Assembly: GCA_034670305.1 (NCBI GenBank)
Contig: JAXMNT010000013.1
Coordinates: 1-64,000, forward strand
DNA length: 64,000 bases
Reading direction: 5' to 3'
Source of the DNA: Deltaproteobacteria bacterium
Lineage (GTDB): Bacteria > Myxococcota_A > Polyangia > Polyangiales > Houyiibacteriaceae
Shown in pieces: positions 46,213 to 55,279 of the stretch (the stretch's first letter is position 1; each line of letters starts with the position of its first letter). The notes under the pieces were generated by a model. It was given only the letters and a program-made list of their open reading frames with translations. It made no database searches and was not told the DNA's origin. The translations under genes were made by a program, and so were the position numbers.

Positions 46213-47910
46213 GTGGGACTTGGGCATGGCATCGCGGTTAAGAAGATGGACATAGCGACAACCGGCGCAGAGGTGCACGAAGCCGTGTGCCGGGGCGCAC
46301 TTCGTGGGCTGGGCCGCGCGATCGCATCGCTGCAGCAAGACGGGTCCGAACTGGCGTCGGCATGGAGCGCGGCGATCGCGGGCGCGAGGGCGCTGGTCGA
46401 CGCCGAGGCCAAGCACCTGCCCGCCGACCTCGAGGCGCTGCGCGCGTTCGTCGGCGCACCCGTCGAAGTCCGGCGCGTGGCGTCGACTGCGTGCGTCCAC
46501 CTGGAGCGGGCGGCGCTCGTCGGATGGGACGCTGCGGAGTTGCGCGCGATCGCCGCCCTGCACCGCGAGCTGCTGGCCGCCGACAAGACACCAGACGGCC
46601 ACATCGAGCGGTCGGTGTCCCGGGTCGAGGCTTGGATCCAGTTGCTCGAAGGCGACGTCGCAGGGCTGGAGGCGATCGGCAAACGCATCTACGCCGAGGG
46701 CGCGTCGGCTCAGGATGCGTCGCTGGTCATCGACGCCACCCTCCTGCGCGCGATGGCGGCGCTCACCAAACGCGACGCCGACGACGCCAAGGCCCTTGCC
46801 CGCCGAGCCTCTCGCATGGCGCGCACCGAAGGCCTTCGGCCCGAGCGGTATCTGGCCAGCATCGTGCTGGCACGGGTTCGGCGCCGGGGCGCGCGCCCCC
46901 ACCTGGCCACCCGGATCCTCAGCGCCATCATTCCCATCGCACCGCCTCGCTGGCAGGGCTGGTTGCGCTGGGAGCGGCTGCTGGCGGGATGGCGGCCAGG
47001 CGTCTCGTCGTCGGCGTCCGAAGTGCGCGAGGCGTTGGCGCTCGCGCCGGACACGCCCTCGTCTCGGGCGGCGCGGGGACTCGTCGAATGGCTCGCCGCC
47101 GCGTCGGAAGGAAACGCTGCGGACGTCGCCGCCGCACGCGCCGGCGTGGCCAAGGAGACCGCGCAGTTCGACGACATGGCCCAAGAGCAGGTCGCGCTCG
47201 CGGCCTGCCTCGACCCATCGCTCGATGCGGATGGCTGCCCCGACGTGGTGGTGCCCTGGGTCGTCGGGGACGACGACGACACCCCGGCGGGCCTGCACGG
47301 CATCGTCGGCAACCCCGACGGTCCCGCCGACTCGACGATCGCATGCGTCGTCTGCCGACCCGACCGCAAGCCGAGGCGCATCCTGCGCATCGCGGTTCCG
47401 CTCATCGAGACGGAGACCGAGATCATTCGATTGCAACGCACGCGCCTGAGGCGCGGCCGCGTCGACACCGCGGTGGCCGCGCTCGCGCTCGCGGGCCCGG
47501 AGGGCTTGCCGGATCCAGAGCTCTTCGAGCGCGCGTACGAGTTCGAGTTCGTGCCCGCGCTGCACGCGGGCATCCTGGACGTCCTGGTGCACCGCATGCG
47601 GGCGCGCCTGGACACCGCCGCGACCGTGCACCGCAAGTCCGGCCGGCTGCGGCTCGAACCGCACGGCACCCTGGTGCTGCCCGATCCTCGGTGCGTGGAA
47701 CACGTGGAGGACCGGCTCCTGCGGGTGATCGCACGCCACGGCGGCGTGACGACGCGGCAAGCCGCCCAAGAACTCGACGTCTCGGTGCGCACCGCGCAGC
47801 TGGCGCTGCGGCGGCTTCTGGCTTCTGGAGACTGCGTGCTCAACCGCGATGGTCGCCGCGTGCAGTACATCGTCGAAGACACCACCTTCACCGAACCGAC
47901 GCGGTTCTGA
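46213..47910 (+). CDS. helical protein with C-terminal winged-helix/HTH domains, putative regulator
   Basis: Ala-rich helical N-terminus, LF...Y...LDVLVHRMRARL (OmpR-like wHTH), TTRQAAQELDVSVRTAQLAL (HTH); start uncertain. Confidence 0.65.
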   Translation: MGLGHGIAVKKMDIATTGAEVHEAVCRGALRGLGRAIASLQQDGSELASAWSAAIAGARALVDAEAKHLPADLEALRAFVGAPVEVRRVASTACVHLERAALVGWDAAELRAIAALHRELLAADKTPDGHIERSVSRVEAWIQLLEGDVAGLEAIGKRIYAEGASAQDASLVIDATLLRAMAALTKRDADDAKALARRASRMARTEGLRPERYLASIVLARVRRRGARPHLATRILSAIIPIAPPRWQGWLRWERLLAGWRPGVSSSASEVREALALAPDTPSSRAARGLVEWLAAASEGNAADVAAARAGVAKETAQFDDMAQEQVALAACLDPSLDADGCPDVVVPWVVGDDDDTPAGLHGIVGNPDGPADSTIACVVCRPDRKPRRILRIAVPLIETETEIIRLQRTRLRRGRVDTAVAALALAGPEGLPDPELFERAYEFEFVPALHAGILDVLVHRMRARLDTAATVHRKSGRLRLEPHGTLVLPDPRCVEHVEDRLLRVIARHGGVTTRQAAQELDVSVRTAQLALRRLLASGDCVLNRDGRRVQYIVEDTTFTEPTRF

Positions 47911-47925
47911 GGTCTGGGGGATGGC

Positions 47926-49761
47926 GTGCTGAAGCGGTTGAAGGACCTGGCCGGGGCGGTGGGGAGCGCCGCCATCGGCACCGCAGGCGACTTCGTGCGC
48001 GGCGTCTCCCGGGAGACCTACCGACAAGCCATTGCGAGCGAGCTCGCGCTCTTGCCTCGGCTCGCGACCGAGACCCTGCCCTGGCTCGTGCGTTCCACCC
48101 TCCGCGGCACCGTGCTCGACGCCGTCGTGCGCCACGCCGCCAAGACCCCCCATGCGCACGCGCTCCGCCAGGAGGACGCGCGCTGGACCTGGGCCGAACT
48201 CGACGCGTGCACTTCGCGTGTGGCGTGGACGCTCGAACGGCACGGGGTTCGGCGCGGCGATGTGGTCGCTCTGCTCGGCCCCAACGCGCCGGAGTACATC
48301 GGTTGGGTGCTCGGCTGCACCCGGATCGGCGCCACGTGCGCCCTGTTGAACACGCATCTCGAAGCCGGCCCGCTGGCGCACGCCATCCGAGCGTCCGCCG
48401 CACGGCTGACCATCGCGCACGACCGGTTCTCCAGCCGGGTGGAGGCGCTCGGTTTGGAGACGCCGACGCTCGTCTACGGCCGCGCCGAAGCGCCCTGGGC
48501 CGACGCACCGAGCGCGCCCTACCCGCCCGCCGTCGTCGACGCGGAAGCGGACTACGTCTACATCTTCACCTCCGGCACCACCGGCTTTCCCAAGCCATGC
48601 CGCATCTCGCACGGCCGAGCGCTCATGGCCGGCGCGGGGTTCGCGGCTCTGATGTTCCGCTACCAGCCGGGCGACGTGCTCTACAACGTGCTGCCGCTCT
48701 ACCACGCAAGCGGCTTGATGCTCGGCGCGGGCTCCGCGCTTCTGACGGGGACCGCGATGGCGATCCGCGACGGCTTCAGCGCGCGCAGCTTCTGGAGCGA
48801 TGTGCGCCGCTACGACGCGAGCGCCATCGTCTACATCGGTGAGCTCTGCCGGTACCTCGTCAACAACGACCCCCAGCCGGACGAACGATCGCACCGGGTG
48901 CGGGTCGCGGTGGGCAACGGGCTGCGATCCGATGTGTGGCCGACCTTCGAAGCGCGGTTCGGCATCCCGGAGATCCGCGAGTTCTACGGCGCGACCGAGG
49001 CGCCCGGCGCCATCATGAACCTCACCGGGCGGGTGGGATCGGTCGGGCGGGTGCCGGTGCGGCGGAGCGGCCAGATGGTGCTCGTCCGGTACGACGTGGA
49101 CCGCGACGAACACCTTCGCGATCCGAGCGGCCATTGCATCGAGTGCGAAGCGGACGAAGTCGGCGAGTTGCTCGTGCGGCTCGCCGCCCAGCCTCTGACG
49201 GCGGCAGGCGAGTACCGCGGCTACACCGACGCGGGCGCCACCCAGTCGAAAATCTTGGAGCACGTGTTCGCGCCCGGCGACAAGTACTTCCGGACCGGGG
49301 ATCTCCTGCGACGCGACGAAGACGACTACTTCTACTTCGTCGACCGGATCGGAGACACGTTCCGCTGGAAGGGCGAGAACGTCTCGACCGCAGAGGTCGC
49401 AGACACCGTGGCCCGCGTCCCCGGCGTCGCGGAGGCGACCATCGTCGGGGTCGAGGTTCCGGGCATGGACGGACGCGCCGGCCTCGCCGCGCTCGTGCTC
49501 GAACCGGATGCGGCGTTCGACGGAGGCGCCTTCTTCGCCGCGATCCAGGAACTGCCCGCGTATGCGCAGCCGGTGTTCGTCCGCTTGATCGGCGCGCTGG
49601 AGACGACCGGCACCTACAAGATCCAGAAGGGGCGCATCCGAAAAGACGGATGCGACCCGAGCGCCATCGAAGACAGCCTCTACGTGAGAACCGGTGACAC
49701 GTACGTCACGCTGGACACGGCGATGTACGCCCGGCTGCGCGCGGGCGAACTGCGGCTCTGA
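47926..49761 (+). CDS. long-chain acyl-CoA synthetase (FATP/FadD6-like)
   Basis: IFTSGTTGFPK, YIGELCRYL, EFYGATE, FRTGDL, DRIGDTFRWKGENVST. Confidence 0.95.
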   Translation: MLKRLKDLAGAVGSAAIGTAGDFVRGVSRETYRQAIASELALLPRLATETLPWLVRSTLRGTVLDAVVRHAAKTPHAHALRQEDARWTWAELDACTSRVAWTLERHGVRRGDVVALLGPNAPEYIGWVLGCTRIGATCALLNTHLEAGPLAHAIRASAARLTIAHDRFSSRVEALGLETPTLVYGRAEAPWADAPSAPYPPAVVDAEADYVYIFTSGTTGFPKPCRISHGRALMAGAGFAALMFRYQPGDVLYNVLPLYHASGLMLGAGSALLTGTAMAIRDGFSARSFWSDVRRYDASAIVYIGELCRYLVNNDPQPDERSHRVRVAVGNGLRSDVWPTFEARFGIPEIREFYGATEAPGAIMNLTGRVGSVGRVPVRRSGQMVLVRYDVDRDEHLRDPSGHCIECEADEVGELLVRLAAQPLTAAGEYRGYTDAGATQSKILEHVFAPGDKYFRTGDLLRRDEDDYFYFVDRIGDTFRWKGENVSTAEVADTVARVPGVAEATIVGVEVPGMDGRAGLAALVLEPDAAFDGGAFFAAIQELPAYAQPVFVRLIGALETTGTYKIQKGRIRKDGCDPSAIEDSLYVRTGDTYVTLDTAMYARLRAGELRL

Positions 49762-49767
49762 TTCGGG

Positions 49768-50208
49768 TTACCCCTTGGGCGCGCCAAGGGACCGTTTGTC
49801 GGGCGGCGGTATCGAGTAGGTCACGCTCGCGCGGGCCACCGGCCCGTCGACATCTGGGTGGTGCATGAGGACGTCTCCGACCGCGAGGCGTTTGCCGAGC
49901 TTGAGCATGCGGGCGGTGGCGGTGACCGCGCCGGCCGGCGGGCGCCGGAGGAAGTCGATGTTGAGGTTCGTCGTGACGGTCAATGCGACCGGCCCGATGA
50001 GGCTCAGGATCAGAAAGTAGAAAGCGGTGTCGGCCATCGTCATCAACACCGGTCCGCTGATGGTTCCGCCGGGCCGCAAATGGTTGCCGTCCGGGTCGTC
50101 GCCGAGTTCGATGGTGAGTTCACCATCGCCGAGGCGCACGACACCGGCGAACCCATGCGCCTGCGGAAACACCCGCTTCACGAACGCCTCGATGTCTTCG
50201 GCGGTCAT
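49768..50208 (-). CDS. PaaI-family thioesterase
   Basis: HLRPGGTISGP.LM.MAD, TTNLNIDFLR, KLGKRLAVG. Confidence 0.92.
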   Translation of the reverse strand: MTAEDIEAFVKRVFPQAHGFAGVVRLGDGELTIELGDDPDGNHLRPGGTISGPVLMTMADTAFYFLILSLIGPVALTVTTNLNIDFLRRPPAGAVTATARMLKLGKRLAVGDVLMHHPDVDGPVARASVTYSIPPPDKRSLGAPKG

Positions 50209-50225
50209 CACGTGTTGCCACGCCG

Positions 50226-52112
50226 TCAATGCCCGCCTCCGCCGGTCGACACCCCCGCCAACCCACTCACCGTCTCGTAGATGGCGAGGCCCGCGCCAGT
50301 GAGCGATTCGCCTGCGACGATGCCCGCGGCCAAGACGATCAAGAAGCGTTTGGTCCACTTGGAGGTCGCCTTGCCGAGACCGACCGCGATGAGTCCGCCG
50401 AGGCACATGCTGACCGCGTAGTTGGCCGGGATGCAGAACGCGAGGCCGATGGCGCTCGGGCTCGGAATCCACTTCGCCACGTGTTTGGGCACGACCTTCT
50501 CGACGATCGCGAGCACGACGCCGACCGCCGCACCGATCGCCATCGCGGTGCCTGCCATGGTCGGCATGTGTTCGATGCCGTCCCGGAAGAGCTCCGCGAC
50601 CGCCTTCCACTGCGCCACGGCGGGCGCGGCCCACTCGTCGGTCAACAGCTGCGTCGACGGATCGGGGATCATCACCAAGTACACCGCGCAGCCGACCGTC
50701 GCGCCGCCCATGACACCGAACATCTGCGCAATGGCTTGGAGCCGTGGCGCCGCGCCGATGAGCGCGCCGGTCTTCATGTCGTGGAGCAAGTCCGCGGTCT
50801 GGCTGGCGGCGCCGCCGGTGACGTTCGCCGCCATGAGGTTGGTGGTCACGCTGCCCGGCGCGATGAGTCCGAACGTCAGCTGCGTCACCTTGCCCATGGC
50901 GCCGACGGGCGTGATGCCGGTCTCGCCCGCCACGCGCCCGGCCACGATCGCGAGCAAGAACGTGAGGAGCACCGCCATCGCGCCGACCCAGATCGGAATG
51001 CCGAAGATGACGAACTGCGACACCGTGCCGAACACCAAGGTCACGAGCAGCGCCGCCACGAACAACTTCCGCGGCACGTCGCCGGCGCGCGACGGGTCCG
51101 AGTCTTCGTCCGTCCCTTCTTCACCCGCGGCGCTCTTCGCGCCCCGCAGGGCCGCGAGCACCGAGCGCCAGGAGAACGCGAACGAGGTCAGGGAGGAACT
51201 CACCATCATCGCGACGCCGGGCCACAACATCCACGGGACCAGCTGCCGGAACCAGCTCCCGTCAGGGTCTTCGAGCACCATCCAGCCGTTGTCGAGCACG
51301 ACCGGGCCCAGCATGCCCCAAGAGGCGATCGCGCCGATCACCATCGAGAGCCCCGCGCGCGGTCCGATGATCGCGCCCACCGCGACCATGAGCGGCGAGG
51401 GGTCGAGCGCGAACGTCAGGTTCTTGAGACTGTAGCCCGCGAGCCCCGACGCACTCCCGGGCGCGGCGGCGATCGAACCGGCGAAGCCGAGTTTGCCGAT
51501 CTCGCCGAACTTGATCGCGAGCTTCGCCCCGGCCCCGAGCGCTCCGCCCACGAGCAGCATGCGCAGCCGGCTCATCGCCTCGGTGCCCTTCGCGTACATC
51601 TGCTTGATCGTCTCGCCCGCCGCGATGCCGTTGGGGAACGGCAGCCGGTCGACGATCAGCATCTGTCGACGCAGGCCCACAGCGACGACGATGCCGATGA
51701 GGCTGACTGCGAACGTCCACAGCGCGAGCACCGGCCACGCGAGTTCTTCGCCGGTCAACATCGCGAGCGCCGGAATCGGTGCGACCAGACCCGCCGAAGA
51801 GATGTTGGCTCCGGCGGAGGCCGCCGTCTGGTTGATGTTGTTCTCGAGCATGCCGAGCGGGCGCGCGCCGGCTTTCTCGAGGCTCTTGAACAGCCCGAAG
51901 CCGATGAGCATCGCGGGGATCGACATGTTGAACCCCCAGCCGATCTTCAAACCCGTGTAGACATTGCAGATCGAGAGCGCGCCACCCAGCACCATACCGG
52001 TGAGGACCGCGCGCACGGTGAGCTGCGGGGCGGTGAGATCCGGGATCGGAAACTCGACCTCGGCTTCGTCGTCGCTGGAATCAGAGTCGGGAGTTTTGCT
52101 GGGTTCGCTCAT
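50226..52112 (-). CDS. OPT-family oligopeptide transporter
   Basis: QLTVRA, Y.GLKIG, LENNI.QT.AS, L.FPNG.A, DLLHD.KTG, AG..AGES; many TM helices. Confidence 0.95.
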   Translation of the reverse strand: MSEPSKTPDSDSSDDEAEVEFPIPDLTAPQLTVRAVLTGMVLGGALSICNVYTGLKIGWGFNMSIPAMLIGFGLFKSLEKAGARPLGMLENNINQTAASAGANISSAGLVAPIPALAMLTGEELAWPVLALWTFAVSLIGIVVAVGLRRQMLIVDRLPFPNGIAAGETIKQMYAKGTEAMSRLRMLLVGGALGAGAKLAIKFGEIGKLGFAGSIAAAPGSASGLAGYSLKNLTFALDPSPLMVAVGAIIGPRAGLSMVIGAIASWGMLGPVVLDNGWMVLEDPDGSWFRQLVPWMLWPGVAMMVSSSLTSFAFSWRSVLAALRGAKSAAGEEGTDEDSDPSRAGDVPRKLFVAALLVTLVFGTVSQFVIFGIPIWVGAMAVLLTFLLAIVAGRVAGETGITPVGAMGKVTQLTFGLIAPGSVTTNLMAANVTGGAASQTADLLHDMKTGALIGAAPRLQAIAQMFGVMGGATVGCAVYLVMIPDPSTQLLTDEWAAPAVAQWKAVAELFRDGIEHMPTMAGTAMAIGAAVGVVLAIVEKVVPKHVAKWIPSPSAIGLAFCIPANYAVSMCLGGLIAVGLGKATSKWTKRFLIVLAAGIVAGESLTGAGLAIYETVSGLAGVSTGGGGH

Positions 52113-52183
52113 CGCGCGGGCACGGAACCATGCCCGCCCCCGAGCGGCAAGTCACCGACGGCAGTTCGGTTCGACGGTCCGGC

Positions 52184-52825
52184 TCAGGGCGCGGCACGCA
52201 GACGCAGGGTCGTCGAATCCGCGTGCTCGATCTCGAACACCTCGGCCGGCTGCGCTCCAGGGTAACGCAGCGTCAGCGTGGTTCCGCGGATCGACCACGT
52301 GCCTTCTGCGGTGCCATGCCCGTCGTTGGGCGCGAGCACGTTGGTCTGGAAGGTGGCGTCCGAATCCTCGGTGCCGTCGTGGAACGTGAGCGCACGCCGG
52401 AACCGGGAGGGACCGAGGTCGCGGTCGGTGCGCACGAACGTGAGGCCGTCGCGCACGCTCTGGTCGTGTTGCCAGGCGCCGAGGATCACGACGTCGGCCG
52501 AGCAGGTGGGCGCCGGCGGGTTGGCCGGCCCGACGCAGTAGGTGTCCATCATGCATTCGGTCGCGCACGCACCGCCGCTCCAGCTACAGCCCGACTGGGC
52601 CAGGCAAGACTCGCAGTTCGTTTGCGAATCGCACCCACCAGCGTTCTCGGCAACGGCCGGTTCGGCGGCCGGCTCGGTGACCTCGGGTTCGGTGACCGGC
52701 GCGCTGGTGTTCGTCTGGGGTGAACCACAACCGACGACCAGGAAACAGAGGGTCGCGAGACTGCGTTTCGCAGAGACAGCACCGGCTTTCGAGAAACCAG
52801 CGCGGAGTTTCAGAGTGTTGCTCAT
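52184..52825 (-). CDS. lipoprotein with PSI-like Cys module and lipocalin-like C-terminal domain
   Basis: VVGC lipobox, C...C.SCL...C.W...C, then I.GAW...GTW. Confidence 0.65.
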   Translation of the reverse strand: MSNTLKLRAGFSKAGAVSAKRSLATLCFLVVGCGSPQTNTSAPVTEPEVTEPAAEPAVAENAGGCDSQTNCESCLAQSGCSWSGGACATECMMDTYCVGPANPPAPTCSADVVILGAWQHDQSVRDGLTFVRTDRDLGPSRFRRALTFHDGTEDSDATFQTNVLAPNDGHGTAEGTWSIRGTTLTLRYPGAQPAEVFEIEHADSTTLRLRAAP

Positions 52826-53021
52826 GGGGGTTCGACCTCGGGGAAGCGGCACCCTTGGGAGGTGTCCCGCGTTTCGTGCAGGCGGCACCTGCGACGGTCT
52901 TGCGACGACCGCACGGGAGGGGTGCCGCGATTCGCGGGGAGCATGCCACAACGGACCGGACCCGCGCGGGTGACTGGACGGGGTTGACCCCGCGGCGCTC
53001 CGTGCGCACCAGTCCCGAATC

Positions 53022-53123
53022 ATGGTCCGCTCCTCGTCGCTCTCGATCACCGCCGCCACATGCACATGGGTGCACGTGGACGGCGAACCCGTGCTCGCGC
53101 CGCGACGTCACGCCCTCCCCTGA
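53022..53123 (+). CDS. putative leader peptide (33 aa) upstream of the EF-Tu paralogue
   Basis: ATG..TGA reading [33 protein letters not shown]; its stop sits in the first of several alternative hairpins. Confidence 0.45.
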   Translation: MVRSSSLSITAATCTWVHVDGEPVLAPRRHALP

Positions 53124-53195
53124 TCCGTCCACCGGACGGGAGGGTCCCGGACCCACCCAACGCCCCGCGAACACGCGTTCGTGGGGCGTCTTCGC
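53113..53195 (+). promoter_or_regulatory. attenuator-like alternative hairpins
   Basis: ccgtcc/ggacgg (53125-53139) versus gggagggtc/gacccaccc (53138-53158), then a 13-bp stem acgccccgcgaac/gttcgtggggcgt (53160-53189). Confidence 0.55.
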
Positions 53196-53265
53196 ATGGT
53201 GCGGAGCCGTCCGTCGATCGCGCGTTCGTGGCCGAACCGCTCGTCTCATCGAGTGGAGAAGAACC

Positions 53266-54456
53266 ATGAACCAGTTGAAGAAAGACAAGACCCAGAAGCG
53301 CCACGTCAACGTGGGCACCATCGGACACGTCGACCACGGCAAGACCACCCTGACCGCCGCCTTGAGCGCGGTGATGGGTCATCGCCATGGCACGAAGGTT
53401 CACGCCTTCGGTGACATCGACCGTGCGCCCGAAGAGAAGCGGCGCGGCATCACGATCGTCGCGTCCCACGTTCGGTACGAGAGCGGCTCACGCATGTACG
53501 CCCACATCGACTGTCCGGGCCACGCCGACTTCATCAAGAACATGATCGTCGGTGCGTCCCAGATGGACGGCGCGATCTTGCTCGTCGACGGTTCGCAAGG
53601 ACCCCAGGAGCAGACCCGCGAGCACGTGCTCTTGGCGCGACAGCTCGGTGTCGAACACCTGGTGGTCTTCGTGAACAAGGCGGACATCGCCGACCCCGAG
53701 TTCCTCGAACTGGTGGAGCTCGAGATCCACGACCTGCTCGGCGCCCACGGCTACGATGGCGCGCCCATCCTCGTCGGCTCCGCGCTCGCTGCTTTGCAAG
53801 CGTGCGAGCGTGGGGCATTCGACGACGACGCGACGGCGTGCATCGACCACCTGGTCGAGACGCTCGACACGTTCATCCCCGACCCCGACCGGGACCGGGA
53901 AGGCCCCTTCCTCATGCCGATCGAGGGGGTGCACTCGATCAAGGGCCTCGGCACGGTCATCACTGGCTGCGTCGAGCGCGGGCTCTTGCGGGTCGGCGAC
54001 TCCGTCGAGCTCGTCGGCGGTACCGACGCGTCCCCGGTCGTCATCAAGGGCATCCAGGCGTTCCACGCCGACGTGCCTGCGGCGGAGGCCGGACTGAACG
54101 TCGGCATCTTGCTGCGCGGCGTCGACAAAGACGCCGTGCAGCGCGGTCAGGTCGCGGTGACGCCGGGTTCGGTCCGGCCTCATTCGGCTGCGGAGGCGGA
54201 GATCTTCTTGCTCGACGCCGCCGATGGCGGACGGCACACCCCGGTGCGCAGCGGCTACATGCCGCAGCTCTGGTTCGGTGCCACCGACGTCACGGCCAGT
54301 CTGGACCTCGGCGAAGGCGTGCTGCTCGACCCGGGCGCCCGCGGCACGGTGGAGCTCGTACTCCAGCGTGCGGTCGCGATGGAAGCGGGCATGCGCTTCG
54401 CCATTCGAGAAGGCAGCCGCACCGTCGGCGCCGGCATCGTTCAACGGGTCTGGTAG
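53266..54456 (+). CDS. tuf: divergent elongation factor Tu paralogue (Tuf3-like)
   Basis: [59 protein letters not shown]; no ribosomal operon context. Confidence 0.95.
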   Translation: MNQLKKDKTQKRHVNVGTIGHVDHGKTTLTAALSAVMGHRHGTKVHAFGDIDRAPEEKRRGITIVASHVRYESGSRMYAHIDCPGHADFIKNMIVGASQMDGAILLVDGSQGPQEQTREHVLLARQLGVEHLVVFVNKADIADPEFLELVELEIHDLLGAHGYDGAPILVGSALAALQACERGAFDDDATACIDHLVETLDTFIPDPDRDREGPFLMPIEGVHSIKGLGTVITGCVERGLLRVGDSVELVGGTDASPVVIKGIQAFHADVPAAEAGLNVGILLRGVDKDAVQRGQVAVTPGSVRPHSAAEAEIFLLDAADGGRHTPVRSGYMPQLWFGATDVTASLDLGEGVLLDPGARGTVELVLQRAVAMEAGMRFAIREGSRTVGAGIVQRVW

Positions 54457-54466
54457 TTGGAGAGAG

Positions 54467-54503
54467 GAAGGCCGGGTGGAGCCACGCGCTCCGCCCGGCC
54501 TTC
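54467..54503 (+). terminator. 16-bp GC hairpin after tuf
   Basis: gaaggccgggtggagc-cacgc-gctccgcccggccttc; no clear U-tract. Confidence 0.5.
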
Positions 54504-54518
54504 GCTCCGTCCGGCGCC

Positions 54519-54620
54519 GCTTCTGCTTCTGCTTCTGCTTCTGCTTCTGCTTCTGCTTCTGCTTCTGCTTCTGCTTCTGCTCCTGCTTCTGCTTCTGCTT
54601 CTGCTTCTGCTTCTGCTTCG
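54519..54620. repeat. (GCTTCT)n hexamer microsatellite
   Basis: About 17 copies with one gctcct variant; intergenic. Confidence 0.95.
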
Positions 54621-54694
54621 GTATCCGCATCCGTTTCGCAGTCCGCTTCCAGTTCCATCTGGCGCGGACCGGACACGCGCGGCACATTCCCGGC

Positions 54695-55279
54695 ATGGGT
54701 GACTTGCAGGCTGTTCTCACCGCGATCGATGCACGCAATGCGGCCGACCCCCGAAGCGAGGTCGTGGACGGAGTGTCGCATCCGAAGGAGCTGCTCTACG
54801 GGCGGCGCATGAGTGCCCGCCTCGCGGACTTCGAGCCCGATGCATCCGAGCCGCTCCAGATCGCGGCGCGCGCCCAGCACGTGGAGCGTTGGACCGTGCC
54901 GCGGACCGACTTCCCAGAGGGCCGGGCCGGCTATCTGAAGTGGCGGCACCACCTCTACGGGGTGCACGCGGACATCGCGTGCGCGGTGATGCAAGCGCAC
55001 GGCTACGGCGGTCCGGACACCGACCGGGTCCAGACGTTGCTCCGGAAGAAGGGGCGCGCGCAGGACGCCGAGGTCCAGTCCCTCGAAGACGTCATCTGTC
55101 TCGTATTTCTCGAGTTCGAGTTCGCGCCCTTCGCTGCGAAACACCCCGAAGAGAAGGTCGTTGACATCCTTCGAAAGACGTGGCCGAAGATGAGCGCCCG
55201 CGGACACGAGGCGGCACTGGCGATCGACCTTGGTGAACTCGCACCGCTCGTTCAGACCGCCCTCGCATCCGCCGACTAG
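54695..55279 (+). CDS. DUF4202-family protein
   Basis: ID..NA.DP, ELLY..RM, AAR.QH..RW..PR..P.GR.GY..WR, Q.LEDV.CLVFL, W.KMS..G. Confidence 0.85.
   Translation: MGDLQAVLTAIDARNAADPRSEVVDGVSHPKELLYGRRMSARLADFEPDASEPLQIAARAQHVERWTVPRTDFPEGRAGYLKWRHHLYGVHADIACAVMQAHGYGGPDTDRVQTLLRKKGRAQDAEVQSLEDVICLVFLEFEFAPFAAKHPEEKVVDILRKTWPKMSARGHEAALAIDLGELAPLVQTALASAD

Noticed and set aside
53266-54456. Housekeeping tufA/tufB, or SelB
   Set aside because: No rpsL/rpsG/fusA, tRNA or secE context and many substitutions at conserved sites. It lacks the SelB C-terminal extension and keeps EF-Tu-specific motifs.
54224-54738. Poly-Leu, poly-FC and poly-KQ proteins, and an N-terminal extension of the DUF4202 gene
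   Set aside because: Translations of the (GCTTCT)n microsatellite; the DUF4202-like sequence begins at ATG 54695.
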